DNA of 64,000 nucleotides from Gemmatimonadota bacterium (GTDB lineage Bacteria; Gemmatimonadota; Gemmatimonadetes; Longimicrobiales; Gaopeijiaceae): NCBI GenBank assembly GCA_039591855.1, contig JBDHCV010000002.1, positions 1 to 64,000 of the forward strand, read 5' to 3'. Shown piece by piece: positions 61,363 to 64,000 of this stretch (position 1 is its first letter; each line of letters starts with the position of its first letter). The notes under the pieces were generated by a model. It saw only the letters and a program-made list of their open reading frames with translations, ran no database searches and was not told where the DNA came from. The position numbers and the translations under genes were made by a program.

Positions 61363-64000
61363 ATGACCGCAGAGGGCGTCGGCGTTTCCGCTCCGGTGGC
61401 GACCGGAACCAAGTGGGTCTACCTGTTCAATGAGCTGGATGCGGCCCAGACGGCGGCCGGCGGTTCCTGGGATGACGCCCGGGGACTCCTTGGCGGAAAG
61501 GGCGCCAACCTGGCCGACATGACCCGGCTCGGGGTGCCGGTGCCCCCCGGGTTCACGGTCACGACCCAGGCCTGCAACTCCTACCTCGAAGCCGGTGAAC
61601 GGCCTCCCGAGGGGCTCTGGGAGCAGGCGCTCGAGGCCATCGAGGCCATCGAACGGTCCACCGGTAAGAAGTTCGGCGACCGGAAGGATCCCCTCCTCGT
61701 CTCCTGCCGGTCGGGCGCGAAGTTCTCCATGCCCGGCATGATGGACACCGTGCTCAACATCGGGCTCAACGACGAGATCGCCGAGAGCCTCCTCACCAAC
61801 GGGACCGACGCCCGGTTCGTCTACGACCTCTATCGCCGCCTCATCCAGATGTTCGGCAGCGTGGTGATGTCCATCTCCGACGAGGTCTTCGACGCCGTCA
61901 TCGAGGATCGCAAGAAGTGGGTCAACGCCAAGTCCGACGTGCAGTTGACCGCGGAGGACTGGAAGGCCGTGGTGGTCCGCTTCAAGGACATCTACCACTC
62001 CTACGTCCACGCGGACTTCCCCCAGGATCCCCAGGAGCAGCTCCGCCTGGCCCTGGAGGCCGTCTTCAAGTCCTGGAACTCCAAGCGGGCAAAGAGCTAC
62101 CGCAAGGCCGCGGGGATCGCCGACGACCTGGGGACCGCGGTGAATATCCAGACCATGGTCTACGGCAACTTCGGAGCGGAGTCCGGGACCGGCGTGGCCA
62201 TGAGCCGGAACGCCGCCACGGGCGAAAAGGAGATGGAAGGCGACTTCCTGATGAACGCTCAGGGAGAGGACGTGGTCGCCGGGATCCGGCAGACCGAGCC
62301 CATCGCCGAGCTCAAGAAGCTCCTTCCGGTCCTCTACGACGAACTGGAGGGCATCGCCGCCAAGCTGGAGACACACTACCGCAACATGCAGGACATGGAG
62401 TTCACCATCGACCGGGGCAAGCTCTGGCTCCTTCAAACCCGGGACGCGAAGCGAACGGCCCAGGCCGAGGTCCGGATCGCCGTGGACATGGTGGAGGAAG
62501 AGTTGATCTCCAAGGAAGAAGCGGTGAGCCGGGTGAAGCCCGCCCAGGTGGACTTCTTCCTCCATCCCCAACTGGATCCGGCAGCCGTGGCCGGTCGCTC
62601 TCCCATCGCCAAGGGGCTGGACGTCTCCCCGGGCGCGGCCGTAGGTGTCGTGGCGTTCGACGCGGACACCGCCGAGCGGTGGCATGGGGAAGGCAAGGAC
62701 GTGATCATGGTCCGGCCCGAGACCAAGCCCGACGACGTCCACGGAATCCTCGCGGCCAGGGGGGTGCTCACGAGCCGTGGGGGACGGACGAGTCACGCCG
62801 CCCTGGTAGCCCGCCAGTTCGGGACGCCTGCCGTGGTGGGTGTGGAGAGCCTGGAGATCGACCTGGAAGGCCGAAAAATGATGGTGGGCGAAGGCCCGCC
62901 CATCGTGGAAGGGGAATGGATCTCCCTGGACGGAACCGTGGGAACGGTCTACGAGGGCAAGATCGACACGGTGGTGCCGGACTTCAACAACCCTTGGCTG
63001 CTCCAGCTCCTGGCCTGGGCGGACGAGATCCGGACTCTGGGCGTGTGGGCCAACGCCGACTACCCCCGGGACGCGGAGCGGGCCAGGGGATACGGTGCCG
63101 AGGGGATCGGGCTGTGCCGTACCGAGCACATGTTCTTCGAGTCCGAGCGCCTGCCCATCATCCAGAAGATGATCATGACCGCTTCGGTCACCGAGCAGAA
63201 CGAGGCCATCAACCAACTCCTGCCCCTTCAGAGGGGGGACTTCGAGGGACTCTTCAGGGCCATGGACGGGCACCCGGTCATCATCCGTCTCATCGACCCG
63301 CCCCTCCACGAGTTCCTGCCCAGCTACGAGGACCTGGTGCGGGATCTCACGGACCTCAAGCTGAAGCTCCGCTCGGCCAAGGGCCTGGCCGAGGTGGACG
63401 AGTTCCTGGGCGAGCTGCGCATCAAGGAGGACTACCTGGAGCGGGTGGAGGCGTTGCGAGAGGCCAACCCCATGCTGGGGACCCGGGGTGTCCGTCTCGG
63501 CATTCTGATCCCCAACCTCACCCGCATGCAGGTCAGGGCCATCTTCGAGGCGGCCTGCCGCTGCGCCCGGGACGGCGTGACCGTATTGCCCGAGGTCATG
63601 ATCCCCCTCACCTCCCACGTGAACGAGCTGAGCCTCCAGCAGAAGACCCTGGAGGCGGAGGCGGAGGCGGTGATGAGGGAACAGCGGATGACCGTCGAGT
63701 ACAAGTTCGGGACGATGATCGAGATCCCCAGGGCCGCCCTCACCGCCGGTGAGATGGCCCAGGTGGCGGAGTTCTTCTCCTTCGGCACCAACGACCTCAC
63801 CCAGACCACCTTCGGCATCTCCCGGGACGATGCCGAACAGGGCTTCCTGGTGGAGTACCAGCAGAAGGAGATCCTGACCTTCAACCCGTTCGAGACCCTG
63901 GATCGGGATGGCGTCGGGCGCCTGATGCGCATCGCGGTGGAGGACGGCCGGGCGACGCGGCCCGGCATGGAGGTGGGGATCTGCGGGGAGCACGGCGGGG
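61363..64000 (+). CDS. ppdK: Pyruvate, phosphate dikinase (3' end beyond window)
   Basis: Not in the ORF track (no stop in window). N-terminus MTAEGVGVSAPVATGTKWVYLFNE...LLGGKGANLADMTRLGVPVPPGFTVTT, phospho-His domain GGRTSHAALVARQFGTPAVVG, and near-C-terminal GICGEHGG. All in one frame from 61363. Confidence 0.85.
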   Translation, partial: MTAEGVGVSAPVATGTKWVYLFNELDAAQTAAGGSWDDARGLLGGKGANLADMTRLGVPVPPGFTVTTQACNSYLEAGERPPEGLWEQALEAIEAIERSTGKKFGDRKDPLLVSCRSGAKFSMPGMMDTVLNIGLNDEIAESLLTNGTDARFVYDLYRRLIQMFGSVVMSISDEVFDAVIEDRKKWVNAKSDVQLTAEDWKAVVVRFKDIYHSYVHADFPQDPQEQLRLALEAVFKSWNSKRAKSYRKAAGIADDLGTAVNIQTMVYGNFGAESGTGVAMSRNAATGEKEMEGDFLMNAQGEDVVAGIRQTEPIAELKKLLPVLYDELEGIAAKLETHYRNMQDMEFTIDRGKLWLLQTRDAKRTAQAEVRIAVDMVEEELISKEEAVSRVKPAQVDFFLHPQLDPAAVAGRSPIAKGLDVSPGAAVGVVAFDADTAERWHGEGKDVIMVRPETKPDDVHGILAARGVLTSRGGRTSHAALVARQFGTPAVVGVESLEIDLEGRKMMVGEGPPIVEGEWISLDGTVGTVYEGKIDTVVPDFNNPWLLQLLAWADEIRTLGVWANADYPRDAERARGYGAEGIGLCRTEHMFFESERLPIIQKMIMTASVTEQNEAINQLLPLQRGDFEGLFRAMDGHPVIIRLIDPPLHEFLPSYEDLVRDLTDLKLKLRSAKGLAEVDEFLGELRIKEDYLERVEALREANPMLGTRGVRLGILIPNLTRMQVRAIFEAACRCARDGVTVLPEVMIPLTSHVNELSLQQKTLEAEAEAVMREQRMTVEYKFGTMIEIPRAALTAGEMAQVAEFFSFGTNDLTQTTFGISRDDAEQGFLVEYQQKEILTFNPFETLDRDGVGRLMRIAVEDGRATRPGMEVGICGEHGG

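Noticed and set aside
61168-63993. 941-aa minus-strand ORF and 611-aa plus-strand ORF (61917..63752) over the ppdK region
   Set aside because: A third frame on the plus strand (from 61363) translates to an unmistakable pyruvate phosphate dikinase with all conserved motifs. The track ORFs are off-frame or antisense artefacts.
1-64000. CRISPR arrays, rRNA genes, IS transposases
   Set aside because: No regularly spaced short direct repeats, no rRNA-like conserved stretches and no DDE or IS-type transposase ORFs were seen. The only recombinase is the XerC/D-like integrase at 16039..16962.

Overview
The window is 64 kb of high-GC bacterial chromosome (roughly 65-70% GC by eye; the Ser/Thr-kinase-beta-propeller fusions and overall style suggest a Gemmatimonadota-like organism, which is a guess). 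High GC produces many long spurious antisense ORFs in the six-frame track. I called genes only where a frame shows recognisable motifs, signal peptides or sensible operon structure.

Layout, 5' to 3':
1. 0-12.3 kb, backbone genes: penicillin-acylase family Ntn hydrolase, an MlrC-like M81 peptidase, a DUF819 membrane protein, glpD, a beta-lactamase-fold serine hydrolase, and a QueC-like PP-loop ATPase with an N-terminal extension.
2. 12717..12789, tRNA-Ala(TGC), followed by a low-GC accessory block. The block holds an MntA/HepT toxin-antitoxin pair, two orphan RHS C-terminal toxin cassettes (one HExxH metallopeptidase-like, one glycine-zipper membrane toxin) each with an overlapping small immunity-like gene and each beginning with an almost identical 104-bp copy of the RHS core end, and a XerC/D-type tyrosine recombinase. 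It is closed by a duplicated 3' half of tRNA-Ala (attR-like).
3. Two further same-orientation copies of that tRNA-Ala 3'-half composite repeat lie at about 35.2 kb and 43.0 kb.
4. 17.5-31.8 kb, one long co-directional minus-strand gene string with overlapping or translationally coupled junctions: flotillin-like SPFH protein, hypothetical, dCache-HAMP-STAS membrane sensor, RsbR-like globin-STAS, RsbS-like STAS, RsbT-like kinase fused to a PP2C phosphatase, PP2C fused to an RsbW-like kinase domain, RsbV-like STAS, a cNMP-gated K+ channel, an 866-aa three-domain enzyme (isochorismatase-like + APH-like kinase + NUDIX), an inositol-monophosphatase-family protein, and a TrkA-N/RCK channel-like protein lacking a GYG filter. 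No sigma factor is present. This stressosome/partner-switching cascade wired to ion channels and a nucleotide-processing fusion enzyme is the most likely undescribed system in the window.
5. The rest: glnA-glnK-amtB, two tandem Ser/Thr kinase-TolB-propeller paralogs, a 906-aa patatin-like phospholipase with a polytopic membrane domain, a tricorn-like S41 protease, an amidase with a Tat signal, an MBL-fold hydrolase, a dienelactone hydrolase, and the 5' part of pyruvate phosphate dikinase.

No CRISPR array or rRNA was seen. Coordinates read off the sequence lines may be off by 1-2 nt.
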